Notes: generated by a model not told the origin, from the sequence alone. Shown: positions 24,030-37,549, numbered from the whole stretch's first letter. The stretch: 60,540 nt of DNA, filler included, from Nemertoderma westbladi (GCA_032718475.1; 3 parts of 3 records of this genome joined end to end with filler, not necessarily neighbours in it), one strand, 5' to 3'. Numbers and translations are program-made.

Positions 24030-24618
24030 GAGTTGACTCCGTCGATGACTTCCAGTACCTTGGATCATGGATAGAGAGTAGCAAAAAGGACATAGAAGTT
24101 AGGAAAGCAAAGGCTTGGGTAGCTCTATCAAAAATGGATACCATCTGGAAATCAGATCTCCCCAGGCACCTGATGACTAAGTTCTTTCGAGCCACAGTGG
24201 AAAGTGTATTTTTATACGGGGGTGAGACCTGGACACTGACTAAAGCACTTGAACGACGAATTGATGGTTGCTACACAAGACTACTAAGGGCAGCCCTAAA
24301 CATCAGCTGGAGACAACACATGACAAACGCCGAGCTTTATGGTACAATACCACCTGTATCAACCACCCTCCGTGAACGCAGATTAAGATTCAGTGGGCAC
24401 TGCTGGCGAAGTAAAGACGAGGTCATAATAGATCTACTTCTCTGGCAACCAACTCATGGAAAGCGTAGTCGTGGACGACCGGCCATAACATATATAGATC
24501 AACTTGAAAGGGATACTGAACTTGGGAGAAACGAAATTGCGACAACTATGGAGAATCGGGAAGCCTGGAAGGATTTCATTTCCACTGTCCGAGTTCGCTT
24601 GACCTAGTAGTAGTAGTA
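24030..24618 (+). mobile_element. 5'-truncated RTE/Proto2-like LINE with (TAG)n tail
   Basis: VDDFQYLGSWI...RRLRFSGHCWR...LLLWQPTHGKRSRGRP...; the stop is followed by tagtagtagtag. Confidence 0.9.
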
Positions 24619-25173
24619 TTATGTTCAAAGTCAATACAGTTTTGCAATGAGTAACACCCAAGGCGACCTTTACTAACTGATAACTGATAATAATTTTATT
24701 TTTCCTCATATATAACAATTAAATTATTGCACTTTAAATTAATATATATGGTAAATTGAGATAATATGGAACAAAGTAGAAAAAAACCATAAAGAACCAA
24801 GTTATCAGTTATCCAATTTTAAATATTATGCTATACTGAGGACTGGAGACCGCGTGTAGCTTGAACAGCTCTACAGCTAGCTAGTGGATCGCAGTCACCA
24901 GGGGGGGGGTCGGGTGGGGGGATGGTGAAGCGCCAACTGCTATAGGTAATATAAGATACACAATGTAACATAGTACTGTAATATGAATATTAATCAAAAA
25001 CGCACTTATATAATATAAAATAATAGTATTATCTGTACAAGATGCGGAGGAATAATTAGAACACTGAGGGATAGATTTACTGCTTTCAAGTTAAATAGGG
25101 ATGGATTAATTGTGTTTATGTATGGAATACTATTAATTAATAGTTTGAGCGTCACAGATAGGATCCAAGTGAT

Positions 25174-25945
25174 GAACCCCTTTGGGACTCAGCGTGGCCC
25201 CGCGCCCGGGATGTTAAACAAAGCAGAACCCCTTTGGGACTCAGCGTGGCCCCGCGCCCGGGATGTTAAACAAAGCAGAACCCCTTTGGGACTCAGCGTG
25301 GCCCCGCGCCCAGGATGTAAAACAAAGCAGGACCCCTTTGGGACTCAGCGTGGCCCCGCGCACGCGATGTTAAACAAAGCAGAACCCCTTTGGGACTCGG
25401 CGTGGCCCCGCGTCACCGCGCGCGATGTAAAACAAAGCAGACCCCCTTTGGGACTACACGTGTCCCCGCGCCCGGGATGTAAACAAAGCATAACCCCGAT
25501 GGGACTCAGCGTGGCCCCGCGTCCGCTCGCGATGTTAAACAAAGCAGACCCCCTTTGGGACTACACGTGTCCCCGCGCCCGGGATGTAAACAAAGCATAA
25601 CCCCGATGGGACTAAGCGTGGCCCCGCGTCCGCGCGCGATGTAAAACAAAGCAGACCCCCTTTGGGACTACACGTGTCCCCGCGCCCGGGATGTAAACAA
25701 AGCATAACCCCGATGGGACTAAGCGTGGCCCCGCGTCCGCGCGCGATGTAAAACAAAGCAGACCCCCTTTGGGACTACACGTGTCCCCGCGCCCGGGATG
25801 TAAAACAAAGCAGAACCCCTATGGGACTCAGCGTGGCCCCGCGCCCGGGATGTTAAACAAAGCATAACCCCTTTGGGACTCAAGCAGAACCCCACCAGGT
25901 CTCAACAGAACCCCATTGGGACTCAAGCAGAACCCCATTGGGGCG
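25174..25945 (-). repeat. Inverted copy of the 52-bp GC-rich minisatellite
   Basis: Unit aacccctttgggactcagcgtggccccgcgcccgggatgttaaacaaagcag. Confidence 0.95.
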
Positions 25946-27124
25946 GGGTGTAAATGCTACGCCAATACCCGACAACCATTATTAACGGTAATTAAATAAC
26001 AACAATAAAAATAACAATTTGGTGAATAAAAATATTAATAAACTGTTCGTAATAATTTCTAAAGGAATTTGAGCCTCGTGTTCTTATAAACTCGCCCATG
26101 TGAAAAACACCAGGATTTCACTTTTCGGTCGACTTTTTATTGGAATTTTATATATGAAGATTTTTTATTTTTTTTAATGTATCTTTATTAAGTGTAACCT
26201 GTAGGCCTACATATACTAATTCGTTTATTGTTTTGGTGGCCCATGTGAAGAATACCAGACATTCTGCCGTTATATTTCACTTTGCAGTTACGCCCATGTG
26301 AAGAATATCAGGTTTTCACCAAAAACACAGATTACAGAAGGACTGAATCTAACCAAAACAATAAACGAATTAGTATATGTACAGGTTATAAGACAGAAAC
26401 AAGCGCTATAAAACTTCCGCTGCAGGCTATTTATTCTATTAATAAATAAGATAAAAACTAATTTTAATAAATCTTTGCTCAAAACAATATACACGTAAAC
26501 AGTTAATTCCCACCACCAGCTGATGTTACCATAACAACAAACATAAACAATAACAATATACACATAAAAAAAGAAAGGGAATTTACTTAGTAGGCCAGGC
26601 TGTTAGCAACTATATAAACCGTGTACTGATGGCGTATGTTTATGGGGGGGTTGCCTGGCATTCCCGCACCGTCTTCCAACCCAAGTGCTATAAAACACTT
26701 AATAAAGATAAATTAAAAAAGTGGATTATTCACACTCAAGCTGGCGTGAGATACAATGCTACAAATCGAATATACAGTATTATTGTTATTATTACAAGGT
26801 GCTCCAAGTAGAGACCCACTATTTCCAATATTCTTGAACTGGAAACGCCCACGCTTTCCTACTTTATACGACCACCTTTATAACTACAGTATGTAAAGTC
26901 TCGATACTGTGTGCGAGTAACTGCTGATTTATATCAGGTTCTGTTTGATTCTTCCTGGTTTACTTATAATTATAATATAGACAATGTCGCAAAATAACAT
27001 TAAAAACAAACAAACTAGTCTTATCTAAAATATAATATACCGTACCATATCAGTCAGCATATATAATAGTCGACAGAATTGCTGTTATTTGCACCGGTAA
27101 TTAGCATGTCCTTTATATGCCTGG

Positions 27125-27325
27125 GAGGCCAGCCAGCACCGCCTTCCAACCCAAGCAAGACCAGAACGCCACTTGACTCGCGATCCTTGGAGGCAATGAG
27201 ATGAGATGAGATAGCGAACTGGACGCGCTGCCTCACCAGGCCCATCGCAACGCTGTACGGCTTCGACCAGTTTGCGCTCAACCTGCTGGCCGTTGTCCGT
27301 AGCAGCTTGTTGGCGTGCGGCGCAA
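27125..27325 (-). mobile_element. Relic of a CRE-like non-LTR retrotransposon C-terminus
   Basis: With frameshifts it reads ANKLLRTTASRLSANWSKPYSVAMGLVRQRVQFAI...CLQGSRVKWRS, the W-x3-YS...R-x-R-x2-FA...CLxGSR tail of restriction-like-endonuclease elements. Confidence 0.6.
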
Positions 27326-27980
27326 CCTATGCAGCTACTCTATTATTTGTTATATCTAGACCGCCATCGCATTGCCTCGTGATAATTTCGAACATCCAGC
27401 TGTTTCAATCCCGATATATACAATATACTGTATAATCTCAGAGGAATTAATATTATATGTTATTAAATCAAGTTGATTTTACCAGCGACCTAATTAACTA
27501 CGGAATTATTTCTTACAAACACAAAAACGGGGCCAAAAAAATCGATCACCCTCCTACATTCTATAAGACTACATAACATACAGTATAACAGTATCACCCC
27601 GGTGCAGTTCACTTGTACTATATTGAAATGTAGACCATTTAACAATAAATCATTCACATTACACCAAACATTGCCAAACAACCTTTTGTATGGAATCGTG
27701 AAGGTGATAGTGCGGCAGTAGAGGATTAGTATATAGGGAATTTATTAGTTCATCCAAGTAGCTATAAAACAATCCCTAATCACACCACCATCATAAAGAA
27801 TTGATACAAATAAAACGTTTCCTAGCCAATAATAATATTACTAATAACGAGAGATGTTAATATGCTATAGGTCTATAATAAGCTAAATAAAATAAAACCA
27901 AGATGGGTAATTCAATAGTTATTAAATCAATTAATTGACAAATTTATCATATATTCTAAAACTACTGTGCTCAAGCACGA

Positions 27981-28222
27981 TAATTAATTTAATAAATTAA
28001 TCATATTTGTATCATTCATCATCCCCCAATAAGACCTCCAGTTAATTCGATTAATTTAGCAATCATATACATTATAAAATTACTCCAGTTAATTAATTTA
28101 ATAAATTAATCATATTTTATCATTCATCAACCCCCTATAAGACCTCCAGTTAATTCGATTAATTTAGCAATCATATACATTATAAAATTACTCCAGTTAA
28201 TTAATTTATTTAATTAATCATT
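27981..28222 (+). repeat. ~108-bp tandem duplication just upstream of the WD40 gene ATG
   Basis: taattaatttaataaattaatcatat...aagacctccagttaattcgattaatttagcaatcatatacattataaaattactccagt occurs twice, plus a partial third copy. Confidence 0.85.
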
Positions 28223-28231
28223 TCATCCATC

Positions 28232-28522
28232 ATGCCTCACAAAGACATTACCCCTAATGGGAAACCCAAGATGAACTCACTTCGAATTCCAACACTAAAT
28301 GTCATTGACTTTTCGACATCTGGTTCTATAACGGGGAAGCAAGCTGGTAGAGGTAAACACAATGCGTCTGGGGTTCCACCGACTCCGCCTCCATCAGCTA
28401 TGTCGGCCTTCGGACCAGTTGAATCGGATTGTGACGACGTCCCTTTGGATCCAGACGCCCCAATGGAACAACGGATTAAGTTGAGTCATCTGGAGGAATT
28501 AATGCAGAGATTTAAGGAGATG
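28232..28522 (+). CDS. EF-hand/WD40 repeat protein (WDR49/EFCAB8/WDY-like), probable first coding exon
   Basis: ATG-initiated ORF ending IKLSHLEELMQRFKEM; phase-0 donor gtttgt is compatible with the exon at 30551. Confidence 0.7.
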
Positions 28523-29077
28523 GTTTGTTTCTCTTAATGTATTAAACGTTTAAAACAAAAATTATGATAGGTATTATTTAATAGTTAATTCAAATATTTT
28601 ATCAATATATAATAATATTAAATTATAATATAATTAATTATTATCATAGCGGTACGTTACAGTAATATATAGGCAGGGGCCTACACTGAACCTTGGTAGT
28701 GTATAATCTGCAAAATTTACAGAATTTAACTCCAATTCTTTCAAATCAGGACTAGATTCTTCCGTGTTATATAAGATATAGCTTGGACTTGCTGGCACCA
28801 CAAATATAAATATAAACTAAAGTAGGCCTACACCAATAACCAAATGTAAGCATGTAAAATTAGCGTGGCGAGATTAAAGACTTCGGGAGATTTAGACGTG
28901 TGGATAAATGACAAATAACCATTTTGACATTTTTTTAATTTTTTATTTTTTTATTTTACATTTTATTTTTTATTAATTAGTAGAAATAGCAGTTAAAATT
29001 TAACAGTTTGTAGTTAATCATATTGGTCATATATTGGTTAAGCTCCATCATTTAAAGAGTGAATTAGAATGATCATT

Positions 29078-30480
29078 TAACCCTATTAAACCTGGGTGGG
29101 GGTCAATATGGCCCCACCCCCCCCCCCCCTTGTTTTTTTTGTTATATCTCTGAAACAAACGCAGTGTATTTGACAAACTATTGTCTTCCTAATAGTGAAA
29201 CGGTTTTCAAAAATATTGGGTAGTTTTCGAGTTATAGCACCATTTTTAACCCTACTTTTGGCACTTTTTTCCTAATAGTGAAAACGGTTTTCAAAAATAT
29301 TGGGTAGTTTTCGAGTTATAGCACCATTTTTAACACTACTTTTGGCACTTTTTTTAGACGTTTTTTGAAAATTACATTTCATGAAATATGCGATTTGTAA
29401 CATCTCTATTTTTCATTTACACCGGTTTTTTTGGTGTTTGCAATTAGATGGAATTCATATAATTTAATTCAGAAATTTCAAACGTAATTTTTTCGGCGGG
29501 TGCCAAATTTAGGAAAATTATTTTGAATTATGTCAATTTTGTAAATTGAAGGTTTGAACCTGTTTTTTACGCAATAGTGGTTTTTTGGTGTTCTGGTTTC
29601 GATGGAATATATACGAGTTGCACCACGCGTATCAAACTTGTTTTTTCGATGCTGTGTGCAAAATTTGGTGCCAGCACGAAATTTCGAAAATCCTTTCAAT
29701 AGTTCAATTGCTTGTGACAACTTATTTCTCGCATTTTAGAGGTTTATGGCGGTTCTGAATTCAATAGAATAAATAATTATTTAACTTGATATATCAAACT
29801 AGTATTTTTCGGAAGTGGGTGGAAAATTTGGTGCTAGCACCAAATTTTTAAAACCATCAAATATATCAATTGATTGTGTCACCTTGTCTCTTGCGTTATA
29901 CGGGTTTGTGAGGGTTCTAAATTCAATGGAATAAGTAAAAATTACATAAGAGTTTTTAAACTTAATTTTTCGCAGGTGGGTGAAAATTGTTGTGTCAGCA
30001 CCAAATTTTTGAAAATAAGCAAATTTAATAGATGGTATCATCTTGTTTCTTGCGTTATACGGGTTTATGAGGGTCCTGAATCCGATGGAATCAATAAAAA
30101 CAGCACTGGACATCTGAAACTTGTACTTTTTGGTGATGGGTACAAAATTTGGTGCTCCCCAAAATTTGCCATTTTACGCCGAAAATACGAGTAGCAATGA
30201 TCTGGCAATTTAGAAATGTATTCCATTAGAATCAGCGCCACAGAAAACCTGAAAATGTGAATTTATAGCATCGTATAGATGAATTAAAGATTTTGTGATG
30301 AAACTGAAAACTGCTGGTTACTTGTTTTTTTCATTTTTTTGCCTATCTAGAGGACTAAATCAGCCATTTATAGTTATCAGATCATTTTTAAACATTTTCT
30401 AATGGATTTTGCGCCCCAGAAAACCTGTATTGAAAAACAACTAGCCGAAAATTGTACCGGTAACTTTCAAAATTTATGAA
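29078..30480. mobile_element. Degenerate non-autonomous DNA-transposon-like sequence in the intron
   Basis: Starts TTAA-CCCTATT (piggyBac-like end) and contains an ~83-bp direct duplication (29188-29352) and degenerate ~165-bp repeats. A second terminus was not found. Confidence 0.4.
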
Positions 30481-30550
30481 AATACAATCACAGTACAAAA
30501 TACATCCCAATAAATTTATTTTCAGTTCTGCGTAATTAACGGATTTATAG

Positions 30551-30728
30551 ATTACAGTGTACGAAGACAGCGAACTCCAGCAACTGGAGGCGGAAGGGAG
30601 AACTCGAAGACCCAACGCAACCATGGATGTAGATGAATTCGTGGACATCGTCTCCGGTCTCCTAGCAACCAATGAATATAATAAACAGCTGAAACTACTG
30701 TTTTACCAATGTGATGCCGATGGTACAG
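30551..30728 (+). CDS. EF-hand/WD40 protein exon 2 (EF-hand region)
   Basis: MDVDEFVDIV...LKLLFYQCDADGTG; spliced to the next exon it gives the EF-hand loop DADGTGYLEWRE. Confidence 0.85.
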
Positions 30729-30910
30729 GTGTGGGACGTATAAAATAATCATAATATTATCATATAAGTTTATCTTTCTATTCAAATGATTCATCTGAAA
30801 CAAGATTACTAAGTTATAAATTATACAGTACTGTAATACCCATATTGAATATTAATTTGTTAAATTATTAATTATTATGGCTCTTATTTATATTCCATAT
30901 TCTGTTATAG

Positions 30911-31082
30911 GTTATTTAGAATGGCGTGAGGTCTGCGATTACATTATGACTCAACAAAAAATTAAAGATTGTATGACACCACCCAAAGCCAACCCATTCA
31001 ACTCTAAACCTAAGATTCGATTCATAAGCAACAATAAACAAGAACCCAGCGCAAAGATTGTAGCACTGCGGAATCCATCCAG
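30911..31082 (+). CDS. EF-hand/WD40 protein exon 3
   Basis: GYLEWREVCDYIM...; tatag acceptor, gtgaga donor, phase 1-2. Confidence 0.85.
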
Positions 31083-31178
31083 GTGAGAAAATTAATAAAA
31101 TTACTTTATTGGCAATATACATTGCTACTTTATTAGCTGCCTATTAATATTTTCAATCTGTTATATGGGTATTTAGAA

Positions 31179-31445
31179 AACTCGTGTCCGAACCTGTGTC
31201 CGAACAACCTGTGTCCGAACAACTGTCAGGGCAACCCCTGTCCGCATATATCAGATCTGCAAATCTGTAACCTTTGTACTTGAGGAGTTATAGTTTATTG
31301 TTTTGGTTTGTTCTCCCGCCACTGCAATAATAATTGGTTATGTAAAAGTCAGGTATTACACGAGTACGGAACGGATGAGTAATCTGGTTACGAGTTAACT
31401 GGACATGGGAACCAATTGTCTGGACACGAGTTGTCCGCGCACCGA
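31179..31445. mobile_element. Small MITE-like element
   Basis: Inverted aactcgtgtcc / ggacacgagtt with subterminal tgtccgaac repeats. Confidence 0.45.
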
Positions 31446-31768
31446 GTTACAGTTTTTATATCCATTATATATTTCGTAAAAAGAGTAGAATATCCACAAT
31501 AGTATGCCAGTACGAAATGAGTAGTTACATGTATGTAAATGAAATAGATAGTGGCGCGAGTTTACCACGAGGAAAATAATGTCACGTTTATTGCTCTTGT
31601 TAGAAAACAACGTCACTGTAACCTGCTCCTTTCCCTTAATGTTTCATATTAAATTAACTTTTCAAACACACTAAAAACACATTTTGGTGTTTGCGGTCAT
31701 TTTGACTCAAATGAAAACATTATGTCGCAGTTCATTTAATTATACAGACAAACATTCGTATATTTCAG

Positions 31769-32558
31769 GTACGTAAACATCAGTAAAGAAGGCGAGATTG
31801 CAATATGGGACCTCGATATGAATATTATTGGGACTGTAAACATAGAAGGGGACCCTGACCCCAGACGACCAGGAAAACGACTCCAGCAGATGTGGGTCAT
31901 GGATGCGGTAACCATGGAGAACTGTGACAAGATTGCCATAGCAACAACCTGCCGAGACGTTCGTATATATGATACGAGTTCCAGCGTATTTTACGAGGAA
32001 TTCCGGCTGTATGGATTCCCTAATCCGCTGCGGGCTTTGGAGTACTGGTACAACCCGATGGCTACTAATAGTAACTCTATACTCCTATTAGGCAACTCAA
32101 AAGGGGACCTTCATATGTTTACATTCTTTACACCACGTAGCGGAATATTCGAGAAACCCCCTAATCATCAAGGTGGCTGTGTTAAGATTTTCCTTCTAGA
32201 TCTAAAGAAACATTATCTGCTACTGAAACACCAAGTTCTAGAGAATATGCACGACGGACAGGAAATGAAACAAATCTTCTACCTCGCAGAGAAGGAAGTG
32301 ATACTATCATGTTCAGACAGTCCCACTAGATCTCTCGTCTTTACTGATATCAATAAAACTCGTAAGACAGTTGTTATTCGTTCGGACCGGGGTTTCGAAT
32401 GCTTCGATTATTCATCTCGACTTGGTCTTGTCGCCACTGGTTCCGCAGATAATTTCGTCCGACTCTACAACCAATACGTTCCCGGCAAACCTGTAGCCAT
32501 TCTCCGTGGTCATTCTGTTAGCGTTATTGATGTGGTTATTATAGAAGATTATCTCCAG
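31769..32558 (+). CDS. EF-hand/WD40 protein exon 4 (WD40 repeats)
   Basis: 790-nt open exon with WD40 motifs (VATGSADNFVRLYN, LRGHSVSVIDV); tttcag acceptor and gtaaag donor. Confidence 0.92.
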
Positions 32559-32685
32559 GTAAAGTGAGATTAATTTATATAGGTAGATTTATTAGAAACA
32601 AGTCAAAAAGGTTTTCAGAAAAAACTAACCGAGTAATAGAATCATCCTAACAAAAAAATACATTCATCCAAAAGGAATTTGGAAA

Positions 32686-35600
32686 AAGGTACCAGAGCAG
32701 AGTGCACATCAAAAGGTACTCAGACAATTAATAGTAAATGGTACCAGAGCAGAGAGCACATCAAAAGGTACTCAGACAATTAATAGTAAATGGTACCAGA
32801 GCAGAGTGCACATCAAATGGTACTCAGACAATTAATAGTAAATGGTACCAGAGCAGAGTGCACATCAAAAGGTACTCAGACAATTAATAGTAAATGGTAC
32901 CAGAGCAGAGTGCACATCAAAAGGTACTCCGACAATAGTAAATGGTATCAGAGCAGAGTGCACATCAAAAGGTACTCCGACAATTAATAGTAAATGGTAC
33001 CAGAGCAGAGAGCACATCAAAAGGTACTCCGACAATTAATAGTAAATGGTACCAGAGCAGAGAGCACATCAAAAGGTACTCCGACAATTAATAGTAAATG
33101 GTACCAGACCAGAGTGCACATCAAAAGGTACTCCGACAATTAATAGTAAATGGTACCAGAGCAGAGTGCACATCAAAAGGTACTCACTCAGACAATTAAT
33201 AGTAAATGGTACCAGAACAGAGAGCACATCAAAAGGTACTCCGACAATTAATAGTAAATGGTACCAGACCAGAGTGCACATCAAAAGGTACTCACTCAGA
33301 CAATTAATAGTAAATGGTACCAGAGCAGAGTGCACATCAAAAGGTACTCACTCAGACAATTAATAGTAAATGGTACCAGAGCAGAGTGCACATCAAAAGG
33401 TACTCAGACAATTAATAGTAAATGGTACCAGAACAGAGAGCACATCAAAAGGTACTCCGACAATTAATAGTAAATGGTACCAGAGCAGAGAGCACATCAA
33501 AAGGTACTCACTCAGACAATTAATAGTAAATGGTACCAGAGCAGAGTGCACATCAAAAGGTACTCAGACAATTAATAGTAAATGGTACCAGAGCAGAGAG
33601 CACATCAAAAGGTACTCCGACAATTAATAGTAAATGGTACCAGACCAGAGTGCACATCAAAAGGTACTCAGAAGACAATTAATAGTAAATGGTACCAGAG
33701 CAGAGTGCACATCAAAAGGTACTCAGACAATTAATAGTAAATGGTACCAGAGCAGAGAGCACATCAAAAGGTACTCACTCAGACAATTAATAGTAAATGG
33801 TACCAGAGCAGAGTGCACATCAAAAGGTACTCAGACAATTAATAGTAAATGGTACCAGAGCAGAGAGCACATCAAAAGGTACTCCGACAATTAATAGTAA
33901 ATGGTACCAGAGCAGAGTGCACATCAAAAGGTACTCAGACAATTAATAGTAAATGGTACCAGACCAGAGTGCACATCAAAAGGTACTCAGACAATTAATA
34001 GTAAATGGTACCAGAGCAGAGAGCACATCAAAAGGTACTCACTCAGACAATTAATAGTAAATGGTACCAGAGCAGAGAGCACATCAAAAGGTACTCAGAC
34101 AATTAATAGTAAATGGTACCAGAGCAGAGTGCACATCAAAAGGTACTCACTCAGACAATTAATAGTAAATGGTACCAGAGCAGAGTGCACATCAAAAGGT
34201 ACTCAGACAATTAATAGTAAATGGTACCAGAGCAGAGAGCACATCAAAAGGTACTCCGACAATTAATAGTAAATGGTACCAGACCAGAGTGCACATCAAA
34301 AGGTACTCACTCAGACAATTAATAGTAAATGGTACCAGAGCAGAGAGCACATCAAAAGGTACTCAGACAATTAATAGTAAATGGTACCAGAGCAGAGTGC
34401 ACATCAAAAGGTACTCAGACAATTAATAGTAAATGGTACCAGAGCAGAGAGCACATCAAAAGGTACTCCGACAATTAATAGTAAATGGTACCAGAGCAGA
34501 GTGCACATCAAAAGGTACTCAGACAATTAATAGTAAATGGTACCAGACCAGAGTGCACATCAAAAGGTACTCACTCAGACAATTAATAGTAAATGGTACC
34601 AGAGCAGAGTGCACATCAAAAGGTACTCAGACAATTAATAGTAAATGGTACCAGAGCAGAGAGCACATCAAAAGGTACTCCGACAATTAATAGTAAATGG
34701 TACCAGAGCAGAGTGCACATCAAAAGGTACTCAGACAATTAATAGTAAATGGTACCAGAGCAGAGAGCACATCAAAAGGTACTCCGACAATTAATAGTAA
34801 ATGGTACCAGAGCAGAGTGCACATCAAAAGGTACTCCGACAATAGTAAATGGTACCAGAGCAGAGTGCACATCAAAAGGTACTCAGACAATTAATAGTAA
34901 ATGGTACCAGAGCAGAGTGCACATCAAAAGGTACTCCGACAATTAATAGTAAATGGTACCAGAGCAGAGAGCACATCAAAAGGTACTCCGACAATTAATA
35001 GTAAATGGTACCAGAGCAGAGTGCACATCAAAAGGTACTCCGACAATTAATAGTAAATGGTACCAGAGCAGAGAGCACATCAAAAGGTACTCCGACAATT
35101 AATAGTAAATGGTACCAGAGCAGAGAGCACATCAAAAGGTACTCCGACAATAGTAAATGGTACCAGAGCAGAGTGCACATCAAAAGGTACTCAGACAATT
35201 AATAGTAAATGGTACCAGAGCAGAGAGCACATCAAAAGGTACTCCGATAATTAATAGTAAATGGTACCAGAGCAGAGTGCACATCAAAAGGTACTCAGAC
35301 AATTAATAGTAAATGGTACCAGAGCAGAGCACATCAAAAGGTACTCCGACAATTAATAGTAAATGGTACCAGAGCAGAGTGCACATCAAAAGGTACTCAG
35401 ACAATTAATAGTAAATGGTACCAGAGCAGAGTGCACATCAAAAGGTACTCAGACAATTAATAGTAAATGGTACCAGAGCAGAGAGCACATCAAAAGGTAC
35501 TCCGACAATTAATAGTAAATGGTACCAGAGCAGAGTGCACATCAAAAGGTACTCAGACAATTAATAGTAAAAGGTACCAGAGCAGAGTGCACATCAAAAG

Positions 35601-36304
35601 GTACTCAGACAATTAATAGTAAATGGTACCAGAGCAGAGAGCACATCAAAAGGTACTCCGACAATTAATAGTAAATGGTACCAGAGCAGAGAGCACATCA
35701 AAAGGTACTCAGACAATTAATAGTAAATGGTACCAGAGCAGAGTGCACATCAAAAGGTACTCAGACAATTAATAGTAAAAGGTACCAGAGCAGAGAGCAC
35801 ATCAAAAGGTACTCAGACAATTAATAGTAAATGGTACCAGAGCAGAGTGCACATCAAAAGGTACTCAGACAATTAATAGTAAAAGGTACCAGAGCAGAAA
35901 GCACATCAAAAGGTACTCAGACAATTAATAGTAAATGGTACCAGAGCAGAGTGCACATCAAAAGGTACTCAGACAATTAATAGTAAAAGGTACCAGAGCA
36001 GAAAGCACATCAAAAGGTACTCAGACAATTAATAGTAAACGGTACCAGAGCAGAGAGCACATCAAAAGGTACTCCGACAATTAATAGTAAAAGGTACCAG
36101 AGCAGAGAGCACATCAAAAGGTACTCAGACAATTAATAGTAAATGGTACAAGAGCAGAGTGCACATCAAAAGGTACTCAGACAATTAATAGTAAAAGGTA
36201 CCAGAGCAGAAAGCACATCAAAAGGTACTCAGACAATTAATAGTAAACGGTACCAGAGCAGAGAGCACATCAAAGGGTACCCCGACAATAGTAAATGGTA
36301 CCAG
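32686..36304 (+). repeat. 52-bp tandem array (~70 units) in the WD40 gene intron
   Basis: Unit gagcagagtgcacatcaaaaggtactcagacaattaatagtaaatggtacca, with +4 (actc) and -4 variants. Confidence 0.97.
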
Positions 36305-36775
36305 GCAAAGTATTACCGCAACAGATTTCAGGAAAATGATCCCTTAAAACATTTATTTGCACTATTTTCTGACTGGTTGTAAATCGGGAACCCTAAACCC
36401 ACTGTAAAATGCTCCCTAGTCCTACTGTATAAAAGATTTACAGACAAGATTTATATATTATTCCGATATGACTAACAATAAATGTAAAATGTATAATGAT
36501 TATAGAATTAAATAGTGTTCTATTTAATTCCCGTTAGCAGAATAAACTGCTCTTTGGGGCCGTTTCCCAGGTTACGGATAGGGAAAAACATTTCACACAT
36601 CGCACTAATTGTGATTTATCTGCTTAGGCGACTTAGTAGGCCTATGGAGGCAGTTTGTTTGGTTGATGCAAGTCATTCTTGGTTTGCATCTTCCAATCAA
36701 TCCCATCTGTTTATTCTGGGAGTCTGTGTAAGACAGGTTTATTAGACTAAATATATTCTCGATTGATCACTGCAG

Positions 36776-37063
36776 GTAGTGACTTTCGATGACGACGCTA
36801 TAGTTAAACGGTGGGACATGGTGGACCAGACCTGTCTGCAAACACTCAGGATAGCATTCCCCTGTCTAGACAACAGATCTGCGGAACACGGTTACTTCCC
36901 AATGGCCTACTTTAAGGGTCGTTTCAACAGTCTGATCGTAACCTGCAACGATTACATAGCAAAGATTTCTATCGGAACAAGGGACTACGGAACGAGTTCG
37001 CAACAGGCGCTAACCCATTCCACACCTCTCAGTTGTATTCTCTATAACAGTGAAAGTTCCGAG
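36776..37063 (+). CDS. EF-hand/WD40 protein exon 5; gene continues past the contig end
   Basis: VVTFDDDAIVKRWDMVDQTCLQT completes the WD repeat begun in exon 4; phase 0-0. Confidence 0.88.
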
Positions 37064-37549
37064 GTTTGTATGTATGGCAGCCTTTTTAATCCGTATTTTG
37101 TTTAGCTTTTTGTCCGTTTCATTTAGCATGTTTTGCATAATGATTACTGTATTTCTATCTATTTAATGACTTTTCATGTCCGTTTCTCTTCAAACTATCA
37201 GACGGATGTTTTCAAAAATAGCAGATATTCGGATTTCGAAATTACTAGATTTATCGAGAAAGTGAACGGATTAGTATTCAGTGGTGCTGTTTTCTAACAG
37301 AAACAACAAAAGAAACTCTATGAGCATACGAATAAATGAAAATAAAAGAAATATGAAAATGAGCATACTCATACAGTAGGTGTAACACGTTCGTGGGGCC
37401 TTCGCGCAGCACGAGAGCCTAAATCAGAAAGTACATTATACTAATCTCTATTAGATATACGAAAACTGTCTTTCCTAAAATATATATGAGTGAAAGCGAT
37501 GCTATCGGTTTGTGATAAACTAGCTGTCAAAATAGAGATCCATTTCAGT

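Larger units (their letters stand above)
21113..25945. mobile_element. Foldback-like structure with long inverted arms (21113-23327 and 24937-25945)
   Basis: Unique 23091-23327 is the near-exact reverse complement of 24937-25173, and each is continuous with an oppositely oriented 52-bp array. Confidence 0.7.

Noticed and set aside
21116-25756. Arg/Gly/Pro-rich ORFs in the GC-rich arrays
   Set aside because: Products of the 52-bp minisatellite read in shifting frames.
32790-36382. Many short ORFs (MVPEQSAHQK...)
   Set aside because: Translations of the 52-bp intronic array. The unit is not a multiple of 3 and the flanking exons splice in phase without them.
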